Assembly (NCBI GenBank): GCA_017499595.2 | Contig: CM038998.1 | Location: 1,054,001-1,118,000 of the forward strand | Source of the DNA: Psilocybe cubensis | Taxonomy: Eukaryota | Direction of reading: 5' to 3' | Length of the DNA stretch: 64,000 nt | Shown: piece after piece, positions 12,601 to 26,475 of the stretch | Layout: each line of letters starts with the position of its first letter | Numbering within the stretch: position 1 is the stretch's first letter | The notes under the pieces: generated by a model | The model's database searches: none | Seen by the model: only the letters and a program-made list of their open reading frames with translations | Told to the model about the DNA's origin: nothing | Translations under genes and position numbers: made by a program

Positions 12601-15600
12601 CATGTTGTTGGAGGGACTCACGCCTCGCGCTTTCGAATGTCTGCACTTGCAGGATACATGTATGTATATATGTTGTTGTCATCATCGCCTGCGGTGGTTC
12701 TGAATGGACGAAAATAAACTATAGATAAAGCAATCGCACTCGATGTGCGCCGAAGCGACACACAATCCTGAACGATTACGGCCCCCCGTCGACGGTCTCG
12801 ACTCTAAAAGACCGTTTTTTTTATATTCGTTCAGAAATTGGATGGTTGGTTTACGTCCCGTGCGGGACTTTTTGCGATTAGGTACTTCCAGTTCCACCAC
12901 CTCTACTCGTCAGCGTTCGCGCCAGTTTCATGGTTCAACGACGTGTTGACTGTTGCCTGTTGTCGACAGTCGACTACGGCGAAGGAATTCGGATGCATCG
13001 TGGTCGCGTTCTGACTGCTGCCTGGATGACTGCTGCTATGCACGATGCAAGCGGGTATATATCGAAACCCACTGTGCAACTATCAAAGCTATTCACATAC
13101 CCTCCAGCCTCTGGCTAGACCGCGACTCCCCGTCTCTGCGGCCTTTCAACTTCCAAGACCTCTCCATATATGCGCGCAAAACCGAATGGAAAGAGGGACC
13201 CACTCCTACTTACACATTTGTTAGCATGTCAATATACTCAGTATCCCGGAGCCGAGCGATACCTATTCAGGTTCCTCCAGTTCCGTCGACCCTGCAGGAC
13301 CTGTCAGGTATAAAGTTCGTAATAACTCAATTTGGACGTCTTAGGCTGTCGCTTGGCATACACCGAATCCTCAGAGGGATAAAGGAATGCGTCTGTACGT
13401 AGATATACTTAGCTATGCTATGCTATAGGGAGGTGCGCCCCAAAGCTAACGCCAACTTTGCGAAGTCGTTCAGAATTTCAGATCAACTAGGGATTTGCCA
13501 GAGAAGGAGCCGGTGAGGATGCGTTTATGTTACATACACACATACGTATGTGATATGCGTATGATTTATTTGTATGTCGTGCGCGTGTGCTCTTCTTCTT
13601 TCTTCTTCAAAATTTCCGTCTTCTGAACTTTCGTTTCTGGAATATGTCTAGGAACATCGAACCGACGGTTGTGTAAAGCTACGTATTATATGTATGTCGT
13701 GATATGATGCATTGACAGTTTAATCGATAAGTTAGAGGCTAATGCTATCGATACACGCGCTGGCGTCGTTGCAGTCTTTCACTCACAAATTTGATTATCG
13801 AGAACAGCGCCTTCGTGTCGTGCCCTGTCACTGTGCCATCTATCAACCTATACATTACCCACTGCTCACTGCTCATGTCTAATACAAGGGGTCCTCGGCC
13901 GAATCGAATCGCTTGGAACTGGGACCTTTTGAATGAATGAAAGGGCATAGGGTTGGACACTTGGGAAGGAGTGCTATAGCCTTGCTTTATTTTTATCGTG
14001 CCCGGAGACTCCACTGGCAGGCTCCAAGTTGTGGATATGGACGATGTGGACACCAGGGCTCTACTAGGGTATGACATGGCCGACTAGCCCACCTTCGGGA
14101 ATTAGCTCCCCATTTGCGAATTGGAATTGGATAGGATGCTGGCATCTCTGGAGGCTGTTTTTTCGAGGAAGGACTGGACGCTACGTTACTCGACTGTGCA
14201 TTATCTTTCCTCCGAGGCCCGGTCTCGGGCTCACTTCCAGACAGTATTTACGGAGCTCCGGGGTGTCGAATTTCATAGTGCAGGTCGCTGAGCCTCACCG
14301 CCACCAACCTGTTCTGTCGCCGACTCCATTAAACATCTAATGCTGCATTACGCCATCGGTTTTTTGGAGACCGTAAACCGCAGGCACACAATTTCGACGT
14401 GCGTCGGGAATTTCCAAATGCGGTACACTCCATTCTTCGAAGCTGTGAGAAAGAGAGCAAGAGAGTGTCCTTGTCGGCTCCGAGACTCTTTTCCATTGTG
14501 AAACCCGTGGGCCTGGCACGCAGATAAAAAAATAAACAAACAAACAAAACAAACGCGAATCTGCAAAGGCGGCGCCGCATAGGTCCGTGCCCCGATCGAC
14601 GAGCGTCAAATACGCACGTCAACCACTCAAACATCCGATGCTTTGCATTTGAATGTGTCGATTCCTTGAATGCTCTTCCAATCGACTCGCTCCCGGGTTG
14701 TTTCCCTTTCTCTCCTACTTGGCTGTGCTAATAGAATCTCAATACCTGGATTACAGCGCGACGCATACAGGAGACATATGGTTAAGGAAGAAATGTGGGC
14801 GGATGCATGCAACGGAGAACGGAAAACTATCAAGGGTGCTCTCGTGGCCAGTCAGTCAGCCCCGCCACATCGGGCACAATTTCGTCAGGCGCCAAAATTT
14901 CAAATTGATTGGGTGACAATTTCGCACGAAATCAATCAATTTGATCCATTTCCTATTTGCTATCCAGTAGCATAATTTCCTTTTTTTGAAATTTGCGCTT
15001 TTCGATGCCCCTTCTCTGCCCCTTCTCTCAGCTTTTTTTTTTGCTGAGTTCTCTCGGGTTGCCCTCTCTGCATATCCGCGTATCCCCAGAATGAGATCTT
15101 TGTCTATTATGTACCCAAGGATCACCATCATTATTGAACATTGGCCGGCGACCGTGCGGAATTGTGTGTCGTATCGCCCATTGGACTATCATCTGTGTAC
15201 CTCGTACATCAGACGGCGGGGGCAGTGGAGAGCAGGGGCAAAATGCAAGGCACCGTTTAATTTCTTCCTTGTCGATTCCGATGGCATCCATTTCTTCTTG
15301 CCTATCTTTTTTTATTCAACTTTTTTTTTGCTTTGATTCTTTTCCGGTATTTTTCTAAAGACCTAGAGTCGGGCAAGGCTGGATAGCTTTTCGATTCTCG
15401 GAACTATGTACGTCGCCTGTTCGATCGAGTGTGATTGTGTGCTTTCGCGGTCTACGGACCTTGGATAAACGTTGCAGGCCTTGGTCAATGACGAAACTGT
15501 GCCGGGACGTAAGACTTGGCACTGCCTTTTGCCTCATCCTGCTTCATCCTTCAAGCCTCAGTGCGTGTCTTCGCTTGCGTTCACACTACATTCGGAATAA

Positions 15601-18600
15601 CCACAAAAAATCAAACCGTCTGTTCACCTTCAGCCTTTTCTAAACCGGGTCGAGAGTACCCGGATATACGATTCGGCAAGGTCCGTAATGCGTTGTGGGG
15701 TTGTGGACAAATTGGAATTTCGTAGGCGCGCGTTAATCTCCACGAGTCAGGAGTTCGAGCCTGGACTCTGGAATTTTCGGGACAAGCAAAATGCAGTGGA
15801 TTCCTACACAGGCCGTAACGAGGTAATAGCAGTAAAGAATGGACTATCTTGTGGCACTGACGTTGGGATAGGTCGTGACGTCTGTTGTTGACAGTTCTAT
15901 CCCCCGTGTAGGCATGATTTGGGACTTCACCTGACAATTTCCTGTATACTAGGTCATGTTACACTTATGTGCTACGATAGCATGAATTTCCGGGACTTTG
16001 GCCTATGGGAATTCGTTTTCTCACAAGTGCGTCGTGTTCCACTGCACAACAATATTTGTTGCCGCCGGAATACTTGTAGGGCGAGAGTATTTATTATCTG
16101 GGAAAATGTCAACTTGCTACATTGTAGCCCACAGCACAGAAACCTCTTCCAAATCGCATATTTCTTTACGGAAAAAGACACCTCTGGCAGGCATTCCCGC
16201 AGAATTCAATTCTGAATATAATATTCAAAGCGCCGAACTTTACGGCACGGCCGAAGGCGGCCGGACCGACTTTCTCAGACGTTGGTTTCTTTATGGACCA
16301 TTGGGAGATCCAGGACTACACTTACAGGAATACCTGTAATCTACATCTTTCGAATCAACCTCAAGGCAAACGCGTGCATCTTTATGATAGATGCTATTTC
16401 AAATTGTCTGCTGTTTCATTGTTTTGTATAAGAAGCGCCGGCTTCAATCAAGCATACTACAAGACCTCGTTGTCATAAGTTGAGGGCAGAGCGACAGTGC
16501 CGGTAGTGCCCTTCATCAACTTTACCTTCCATTATGATGATCAAATTCTTTCTGCATCAAAATAAAGTCGTGGCTGCCTAATAACTTCAAATACTCAGGT
16601 AGCGCCCATGATAGATCTCTCATCTCATAGTATCTCACCACGAGATTATCACCATGGCTGAGTTGAGTGGCACAGAGCCAACATAATGATAAGGAGGTTG
16701 TTTCCGGATGTAACCTCGTTGCCGATTAGTATGATCGTACTACCTCGTGAGTCAAGACAATCGTATTGACCTGCCCTTTTATTTGACCCGCTCTGCTAAG
16801 TGCACCCTAGATTTCCGTTTACTCTCAGGCTCAGGATGCTTACCATAAATCAGATGTCAATATCGGGGATCCGAACCTCATTTTTTTTGGCACTGTTTGG
16901 GTTCTTTGATATAGAAGAGCTTCGTGCTGTACTTCAATCCAGGTGTTTGGTAGAGGGAATGAGGCAGTTCTACTATTTCCCTCGTGTTTTGGTGAAATCT
17001 TTTTTCATTGTGTATATGTCAGTATAGATCCTGATCATCTATTGCAAACAAACGTTTATCTTTCTTTGTTCAAGATTCAGCCATGCGTAACTTTCCGCAT
17101 CTCGAACAACGTGTCATTCAGTTGCAACGCTTGTTCCCATTGTATGAGCCGGTAATTCTTTACGGATTACTTTGTGGAGCTGATGGGGATATTCAACGAG
17201 GTGTACGGTGGCTTCTCTATGTTCCTGGTGGATAGGTATCCATGACACGGTCCTTTGGAACGGTAATTCACGAGAAAACATGCATCCAGATCTTCTTGAA
17301 AGCCTGATACCTTTGTCCTTGTTGGGGAAAAAATGCACTAGGATTTCAACCTGTAGCTCAAGCCTTACTTGGGATCTTTCCCAGGACTGACTAATATGAC
17401 TCCGAGTCCCTGCCTTCCAGTCATCCAAAACCTATGGATATTGAGCGCGCTTGTCCACTGTTTGAAACCGACTCCTGTCTATACTATTGAGATAAAGCAC
17501 CGCATATCTTGGACGATAATTCTGCCTGTTCTTTCTGAAGTACACCAAGACCAGGATTTTTTAAATTCCGTTTCTAGACGGTTTTCAGTTCGAGTGGCGG
17601 TATGGTCAAGCACAACAATGGGGTCTAATAATAGAACAAACAGCTCCACATCTACTTAATTGATTTTTTTTCATGTTCTGGGCATGCTCCAACATATTCT
17701 TACACTCACTCTCGGCACTCTGTGGCTCAGCGATGACAAGCTCTTCAAAACCAAGGTGATCTGGAAGAAGTTAATAATGACCCTGCTCTGGTGACAAGAA
17801 TCATTTGCATCCAAATCTAGAGAAAGGGACATCATTGTCTCACTGATCCCTTTGTGATAAGTACCGTAGACTCGCCGCATTCGGTAGAAAGATGCTGACA
17901 AAGATACTCACCAATTATTGATTCCGTCTTTAAATTACCACACGCGAAGCTGCATTTCTGATTCAATCCAGTTGCTACTATTAATCAATAGCTTGAGCAT
18001 ATAGACTGATGGATCACAGCAATATCAAAGTATGAAGCATGTCTTTGTATACTGCCATGCTATTCAGTTAGCTTAATAGGACCTTACATTATTTTCACTT
18101 TAATCATTCTAGCTGCGGATAAGCAATTATAGCTTTTGGTCGGTCTAGGGCTTCTCTTTGCTATTATGGTGTCCTGATCTGGCCGCCTCTGAGAAACCTC
18201 TAAGAAGATAAGACTCAACAAAAAGAACCGGTAACTGTGCAAGTAGTCTCAAACTGGCTAACAAATCCGGCCACTGTCCAATGCATTCCGAAGTCCCAAG
18301 GAATGATTATATACCATTCCTTCGTAGATATTCAATCCCCGAGTCAGGTTAATCACATTCAGAGGGAGATATGCTTCGTAGCTCTAATCAACAATAGACT
18401 CTGATACATCTGTCACACCTTTTGGGTGATCGTCACTGGCAGAACTGGCGTGTACTATCAGTCTAAAGATTGCACATGAAGTGCCACATTTCGAGTTATC
18501 ATCTCAATTAAGAGGACCAATGCATCGAAGAAATATGGAATCTATTACTACCGAAAACTATTGGAAAGATTCTTTATCGAATTTGCGTATTACTTTGACG

Positions 18601-20299
18601 AGGCTCCAACTCTGGCGCAGTGTGAGGTAGTCCACGGCGCTTACTTGACTCTGTGCGTGCGATTTTCAAGCCTGCGAAATGTATCACGTGAGATGCAACG
18701 CGCCGTAACACAGACTCTTCGGCAGAACTTGTACTCAAGTCTCCTACTACATGGCTTAAATAAGTTGACTCCGCAGCCAAACTTTACACGTGCACAATGT
18801 ATTTTACTTGCAATTTCTCAGTCCTGGTTAAAAATTAGGTGAATTTGGATAAACAATTCCTGCTTCTTCTACTGAAGTACCACATTCAAGACTTCACGGT
18901 TTACTAGGTTCAAGTGAGTGGAACATCAGTTTTGTTCAGTGAGATACAGTTCAAATTCTATAGATATACATATCATTCCATGACCTCCGTAGCGGACGGG
19001 AACATTAATGAGGTTTCCAGGCAAGTACCAACCCTGCGTGATGGGCGCCTAATGATTTAACTGAATTACATCTGACAATTCAACTGGACAGAATGACAAT
19101 GATATTCTTGGGTACACCAATCAACCCAGTAGCAATGTATACTAGTAACATACTTAAGCTCAGTATCATCTTTTTGAAGGAAAAAAACTTCGAAATGGCC
19201 TCAGCCATTCAGTTACCTTTCTTCCTTGCACGTAGTTATATCAATCGTGAGGAGTACTTTCAGCTGTCTTATATCAGAAGCTATACACACAATTTTATAC
19301 TGTGCGCCCATCCAGAAGTACAGCGGGTCAAATCTGAGGATGGTGGTATATGGCTCATCATTATCAGTATCCACAACAGGACAAATGTCTTAACATCATG
19401 ATCCAAATATTTCAAACATGTTAATTTGGCGGTGGGGAATTGTGCATCTTTACTTATCGGCACCGCGGCACCGTCGCATTTGTAAACTTCATATAGGCAC
19501 GGTAAACATAGCTAGATCCACTCACTCCAGTCGACTACAACATCCAGAATGATAGGTTCATGGACATATAGGATCTGCAAAAGCACCCAATAGCAACCTT
19601 ATCTGATATATTGAAGTGAATCTATGCTGTTAATAGGTAATTTTGAAATGATATAACAGTTAGCAGGCAAAGTTTGATACTGAATGAAGAGGGTAAGGCG
19701 TACATAACAGGTTAGATGTTAATGGATGGTGCAATGATAAGCTCGTTTCAACGAGCGATGTTGATGAGCTTGTCCATGACAGGCCTGAAATGAGCTCTCT
19801 TGGTTCTTCAAGACATACATAGCAACTCATTTGGGTCTTGTGGTCGGTTATTAGCTACATATACAGAAAAACTTAATTGTCTGCTTATGAGCTATATTAA
19901 TACCAAGATGGAGGGCCCGTTATGCTGCATCCACTACTCAACGGCGAATATGCACTGAAACCTAAAGTTATTCTTATTTGTTACTCTTGTATAACCCGGG
20001 GTCTTCCGACATATTGTCAGAACATACTGTTGCCCTTACATCTATTTTGGTCCATAAAGTCAGGCCAATTCTTTGAAGAGGCATTTTATCTGTCTACTTG
20101 TCATGGGTTCTTCCGTAATGCGCCATTTGGAAGTCATTTTCTCTCATGTGCACACTGTATTGAACAGAAAATATACTTGTGATTGCGCATGTGTGGACAA
20201 AAAATTTCCAATAAGACATGGGAAAACAGTCTTGAAAATAAGATAAAAGACGTAGGGAAAGAATTAACGTTGTGCTGTCGTTCACCTGCCCCACTATCG

Positions 20300-23200
20300 G
20301 GCTTGGAATTGCTTCTATGAGGAAAAAGATATTTTCCATCCCCTAAGCTTTTTGGTGACGCCAGGTGTAATGATCAAGCCATGCTGAACTCAACACCTTT
20401 TGATCGACAACAAAGTGCTATCGCATCAGAGTCCTAAGTTTCATACGTCAGAATCTATTTTTACATGTCTAAAGTTATCAATAGGTCTTGGGAGTCTTTC
20501 CAATGGTCCAGCACACAATAACTTGCTGTCAGCTTATGGTCTTCACGGCGCACGCTCCAGATGTGAAGAAAAAGGTTGCCACTCGGAGAAATTAGCATAG
20601 ACATCTGGTTTTGTATTGGACTTCTTTTGTATAAGTTGGATCACCGTTGGTATAGAAGCACGGCTCAGAGAGCATTTGATTACGGAGAAATCAGCAATGC
20701 TAGTTGCTCCGAGAAGCTGGACAACCGACCAATTGGATGTAAAAACATAGAAACAAATTTTGCATATGACAGTTGACAGTTAAATAACAAATAGTTGCCC
20801 TTCAGGTTGGCGAATAAAAATGCACCATATAACATTGCTTTGCATACCTGACTTACTACGTTATACTCGGGGTCAGTTTGAACTCCAGGTCTTAACCAGC
20901 AATTTATTAAAGACATTTATGATTGAATGATGGATATCATACTGTTGTGCATGTTAGACTTTCTGGTTCTCTCTTTTGTCGTATAAGTATTTTACCTTGT
21001 AAAGTGGTGGATATCCATTGTTTTACCAAAATAATTTCTCATCTGGTTAGGAAGAACTTTGACGCATGGTACTCACCCACACAGAACCACATGGTACCGT
21101 TGATTAACCTGGGAAATAGCAGCTTTCAGCGAGCTTAAACTATGGATACGTATACGGTCAAGTTACACCTTAAGTGATTGCTGACGGTCTAACTATCGGA
21201 AGCTTTGTATTGACGCACATGGACGATTATGATTGAGGTGCATATAATATCCAATCTTTACCCGTGAATACCTGAAGGACTCGGAAACAGAAAAATATCC
21301 ATATCGCTCCTCAAATACACCGGAGTGACATTCAGCCTTACAAAAGGTATTGAACGCTACCAACACAGTTAACTCGAATTTACCATTCTTTAACTGTCCT
21401 ACTCGCTGTTTTGAAGGATAACATTTGAATCTTGTCCACTTTCTTCCCATTTAAAACTTACGGCGTTACATTTTAAGATCCAATACTGGAATTCTGAGCG
21501 CCTAATTGCATTGCATGTCGAGGGTCATGTGGTGTTTCCTGATTGGCCATTGGATTGTTCAATTCAAATGGGCGCTAATTACAGTCAAGTAAGATCAACA
21601 TCCCGTATCCATCGTACTGTCCTGTTGAAAGGCAGAGAAGTTGTTTCGTAGAACATAGCCTTAAGGAGAATGTGAGGGCTTGCACGCACCAAACAATCAC
21701 GAGATTTCAAAAGATATTTTTCGTTGTTGACGTTGCAGGCAGGCACATTCCTGCCAAGCACAGTACCTAAAAACAAAACGTACATTTTGACTTGTCCAAA
21801 GATGAGAGGTTGTCAACAAGTACTGCCAACTCAAGTTCCACGGTGGTGATTCCATGGCTCTTATATTCTCAGTGGCAGACATGATCAACGTCCGATTGTC
21901 TGGCCGGACCTTGACTTCGGGAATATAGAGTAGTGGGCATATAAAGTTGCTGGGGTTTGAACGGCTGACCATATTAAAATTACAGCTGTTCACGACCGCT
22001 CTGAAGATAAAAACGGAACTTCCGGATACATGCATTCAAAGATGAATGGGCTGCGGAGCGGACGTATTCCATTCCCAAACATTGGGATAACCGATATGAG
22101 ACTCAGACATGTAGCCATTTGGTCATTAATTGAGCGAATGGGTGCTCTAATACTCTAGTGGCAGAACTGATAGGATAGTAAGCTGAGAGAGCCCGTAAGC
22201 TATGCCAATAATGAAGATACTCATCTGGGTGTTGTGCAATTCATCACGACAGTGGCGGGTATGATAATGAAAAATCCATTCAGCTTCGATCCGATGTAAC
22301 GGGACGGGTGGTTACAAGTCAACAGGTTGAACGGATATCCAGATACATGAGAAACCCGGTGACTGCGCCCATAAGGCCTCCAGGAAAAGGGATTGGCACC
22401 GAAAATTTTGATACCACCATGGGTCACACAGGATAGCTGTCAAAGAAATCTGTTATTCAAGACACACTTGTAGCAGATCCGACTGCTTTGGGAGTAGCCA
22501 GCGGGCAGCAAAGTACATAAAGAAGAGGACGAAATAATAACTGACCGGTGCATTTGAGACTCTTCGAGGACGGCGCTGTATGCTTTGCGAAATCTGCATT
22601 ATGTCGGTTGGACGAGTGGTGAGGTACCATTTAAGGTGGAAAAGATTAGTGCTTACAAAGAGGCGCGCCAATTTCTCGTTTTTTATTAGAGGCTGGGATT
22701 GAAAAAAAGAGAAGTGCATAGTTGCAATAGTTGCGTACAAAGAAGAATAAACAATAGTCAGACATGGGAGCATAGAATCGCGGCAAGATTCGTGAAAGAA
22801 ACAAACACATGAGAAAGGGATCTCTCTCTCCATGGCCGAAGGTGAGAACAATTCGTTGACACTTCACCTTGGATATCAATGCTCGGCCGGTCATTTGATT
22901 GTGTGGTAAAATAGTGTGGGATAGAACAGGCAGGCTCACAAGAGTGAAGAGACTATGTGGAAGAACTGTATGTTAAATAAAACATAATAGCAACTCTACA
23001 TCGGATGGTAACAAGAGGTAGCTCACGACTGAAGAAACCCATTTTGGGTGACTGCGGAATTCGGAAGCGAACCTGAGCTTCCATGCAAATGGTCAATTCA
23101 GCGGAGCTTTTGGATGTCGATTATAAACTGGTCGGTGAGAATTAATTGACAGGTTCGAAGGCCACAGACATGTCCAAATTTATTCATCGAACGAATGAAT

Positions 23201-24700
23201 TTTGAAGTCTGAAAAGAATATTATTCAGTACCCCGTCGCAAGAAGGAACCACTCAATGACTTTGAGTAAATATACATAACGGTTTGTGTGGAATATTCCA
23301 CTGTGACAACATGTCCTGGAGAATATGATGAAGCAAGAGTCGGAGGCAACACTTAGAGCCAAGAGTGAAGCTTCTAAAAATGAATGCAGGTTCGATGGCG
23401 GGAAGTAGCCGGTGCAGCCTATGACCTTCAATAATATCAGTGTGGTTCACCAACAAAAGGACTACAAAGCGAGGAGCTCCATAATTCCTATTCGTGCTAC
23501 ACGATGCTCAACCGTATGATAGCAAGTCCACGATGTATGGAGAAGGTAATCAACTCATCGGTGCGTCGATGTATCATCATTGAATCGATGCTACAATGGG
23601 GCAGTCTTCTATCCGGTAAAGAACAGATATTAGTTCACAAAGAGGTTAGAAAGTGGGCCAGCCTATATGTATTGATGTTATTTTAAATGCGTCAGTGATA
23701 ACGCTACGGAATACATGTTCATAAATACCGATTCAGTGTGCTGTTCGTTTGATGAACTGTCTCAGTAGGACCAAGGAATGCACTATCACCAGTAACCGTA
23801 TTCACGTCAATCGATTTCTGTACATGTCATGGGCGTGAAACCTGGCAAATTTGAGGGTCTGGCCCGAAACATTCCGCAAGCCGTGAACTCCCAAACAACA
23901 AACAACTTGGCGTCTAGACCTTGAAGTAACAGTGTCCCCCGAATGTGGTCCGACAAAGTAATGGAATACAACAGAACAGGTGCACAGTTTGGGTTCTGTT
24001 GAATTGAGGAATCAACGTGTGGGTGAAGCAATTGTAAAGGCTGTATGGAAGTCGTGCCTCAGCAAACAACCGCAACAACCGAGTCGAGAATTGAGTTGGG
24101 ACGATTCCGATATTACATAATATCAAGTAATGGTGAAGCGAAATATCAAGTCAACAAGGCGACCACAAAGCAGCACGTTCTTGCCACGATCTGCGAGGAA
24201 ATTAAATGGTCATGGGCACAATTTCATGCCTCATGGTCGATCCTGTACAATGCTGAAGATACCAAACTTTCTTTGCGACCTTCTTCTGTCTGAAAGATTT
24301 CTCTTGGGGCCTTTTAAGTTCAAAAACTACCCAAAAATAACAGTGGCGATTATCACTTTGTACCACTAATCTCCACCTCAAAAACCGTACAATCCCACCA
24401 CATTTACTTGATGACCTAGAGGGCGTCAATAACTCGCTAAATTATGAGATAATTTTAATACCTCCCATAGGTGCTCAGTACTGTCCACATTGACTTGAAT
24501 GGGCTTGAACGTTGCGTTGCACGTTACCAATTGCCGGCTCAGAACTCAGAGCTATGTGTGCCTTACACTGGATGACTCAAACATCTCCAAATCCTTTTTT
24601 GATGGTAATCAAAATGGACTTTTTATCGGTTTCTTTACTCATCTACATTCACTTGTATTGCAGGCTCCAATCACTCTAGAGGGAAGATTTCTCCCATATA
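20300..24700 (-). pseudogene. Highly decayed NACHT-WD40 (HET-E/NWD-like, fungal NLR) gene relic
   Basis: Stop- and frameshift-riddled minus-strand fragments occur in the expected order: RVIGACNTSEC..KSILITIKK..KAHIALSSEPAI (Walker B/ITSRPE-like), IVRFLRWRL, LHPHV..APVLLYSITLSDHI, SL*TNICSLPDRRL (L-x-F-N-I-C-like), YFPPSNLHSFLEASLL, then WD40-like pieces (VRPDNRTLIMSA, ISPSGNLFLHIWSV). Boundaries are approximate. Confidence 0.4.
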
Positions 24701-24704
24701 TAAA
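24697..24704 (+). promoter_or_regulatory. Putative TATA box of the F-box gene
   Basis: TATATAAA ~140 nt upstream of ATG 24844. Confidence 0.35.
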
Positions 24705-24843
24705 TAAAGCGTATATGGTTTGTGCGTATTCCATCATTCGTGTTTGAAAGCAGATTTTAAAGTTTGAAATTAAATTTACGCATCCCAGTGTCAGGCTGCT
24801 CGCCACTGGCACATTGGCACTATTTTTCTCCTTATACGATAAC

Positions 24844-26475
24844 ATGTCTCAAGCAATCGTAGGGGTTGACGACCTCCCAGACGAAATTCTCCTCCAGATC
24901 TTCGATCGATCTGATATTCCAGCGGCTACCCTTCTGAATGTCGCACTATCGTCGAAGCGTTTGCATTTCATCTGCCTCCCCTTGTTTCTTGCGAAATTCG
25001 AAATTATGAATCCATCGGAGCATTGTGACTTTATTCTACGCAGCCCTCAAAAAACCCCAGGATCTCTCGACGCTCTGACGGGACTCAAGGTCGCACTCTT
25101 CATCCCCTCTGTCAAGCATCTTATATGCAAATTTCACATGCCGGGAGACATAGAAGATTTTCTGTACACAGCGATGCATTTGCGCCGACTCAACGACTTC
25201 ATATTGAAATTGTCGTCTATCAACACAGTTTCTTTACAATTCTCGAATAAACGATGCGGATGTTGCTCAGAATTAGATCCAGGAATGACGCTAGACCGGG
25301 ATCTGACGGAATGGTCTGATGCGATAGGCTCGGTTCTCAGCACGATACTGGAGAAGGGTTGTCGAACACTAACTGTTTCTGGGGGCAAATACATGGTGCA
25401 CTCATATGTTCCAGAAACCAGTAGAAAAGGCAGGATTATGTCACGATGGAGGCAATTTCTTAGGAAAGTAAAGCTTGCGGGTTTACCGAATTCTTATGAA
25501 TGGATTGACGTGTTACACGGCGATTCGTGGATATACAAGCGTGCGTCCGACACAGGGAGGACCCTCGTTTTAACACCCATAACTCGTGCCGCTCAATCAC
25601 GTTCGGCTTTACGAACTTTGATCATTCAGTCGTCGATGTTTGCTTCTCCGCCAGTACTTCATTGGACTATATCAGTTTTACGTCTCCCAACGATACAAAA
25701 CCTTCACCTAAAACATTTGGCCATAACCCGAACCGCTTGGATGATATTTTTGGCTTTAATTGCCGAAAGCTGTCCACATCTAACTGGCCTCAAGCTTTCT
25801 CACATTCGACACATAACCGCTTCCCAAATGCTTCGATTTCTCGGCCGCCTCTCCAAATTAGAAACGCTCAGCATTTCATCGAGCGTAGAGTGGTACAACA
25901 ACGACAGTCCAGAAGTTGGACCATTTCCTGAATTCAGGAATCTTACAACGTTGACCACTCCTGCGGCATGGTTATTGAAGCTTCTGTCCTCACAAATCAA
26001 TGCAATACCAAATCTTCGGAGCATTGCAATTGTCTACAATCTTCGTAACGACGGCCTCTTCGATTGGTTGGAGACACCAGCGCGCCCTAACAGTATTCCG
26101 AATCTCTTATTGCGTTCATCACGACATTCCTTGTTGGTTCATCTTAGAGTCACCCTAGGAAGAAACCCGGGTTGGGCACTGTTAGAGGACTACAGGCGTT
26201 ATGAGGCCCAAGATCCTCCTCACCACCTCCGATACGTCATAAACCTAACTTTGTTAATTGACCGCAAGATCAAACCGAACGAAATGGGATTATCAACTAC
26301 CCTACCACAATGGGTCGGGCTGTTCTGTGAACTCCGGAGTCTGGAACTGAGATCAGTAGTTCTCAAACGCGAGGAACTGATAGAGTTAGGGAGTGTCGTA
26401 TTGAAAAGAGCTGGACTCCCAGAGTTGAAACGTTTATTGGTCAATGGAGAAGAGGTGATACCAGGTTCGAGGTAA
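24844..26475 (+). CDS. F-box domain protein with degenerate leucine-rich/RNI-like repeats, single exon (~543 aa)
   Basis: Long uninterrupted ORF. The N-terminal VDDLPDEILLQIFDRSD..LLNVALSSKRLHFICLP is F-box-like, followed by LxxLxL repeats (CPHLTGLKLS, LSKLETLSIS, PNLRSIAI, LRSLELR). Confidence 0.85.
   Translation: MSQAIVGVDDLPDEILLQIFDRSDIPAATLLNVALSSKRLHFICLPLFLAKFEIMNPSEHCDFILRSPQKTPGSLDALTGLKVALFIPSVKHLICKFHMPGDIEDFLYTAMHLRRLNDFILKLSSINTVSLQFSNKRCGCCSELDPGMTLDRDLTEWSDAIGSVLSTILEKGCRTLTVSGGKYMVHSYVPETSRKGRIMSRWRQFLRKVKLAGLPNSYEWIDVLHGDSWIYKRASDTGRTLVLTPITRAAQSRSALRTLIIQSSMFASPPVLHWTISVLRLPTIQNLHLKHLAITRTAWMIFLALIAESCPHLTGLKLSHIRHITASQMLRFLGRLSKLETLSISSSVEWYNNDSPEVGPFPEFRNLTTLTTPAAWLLKLLSSQINAIPNLRSIAIVYNLRNDGLFDWLETPARPNSIPNLLLRSSRHSLLVHLRVTLGRNPGWALLEDYRRYEAQDPPHHLRYVINLTLLIDRKIKPNEMGLSTTLPQWVGLFCELRSLELRSVVLKREELIELGSVVLKRAGLPELKRLLVNGEEVIPGSR

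Noticed and set aside
17100..17900. Minus-strand fragments (RFWMTGRQGLG, ISQSWER..ILVHFF) faintly like a NACHT P-loop region
   Set aside because: No GKS/T, only a few matching residues, and many stops; not supportable without a profile search.
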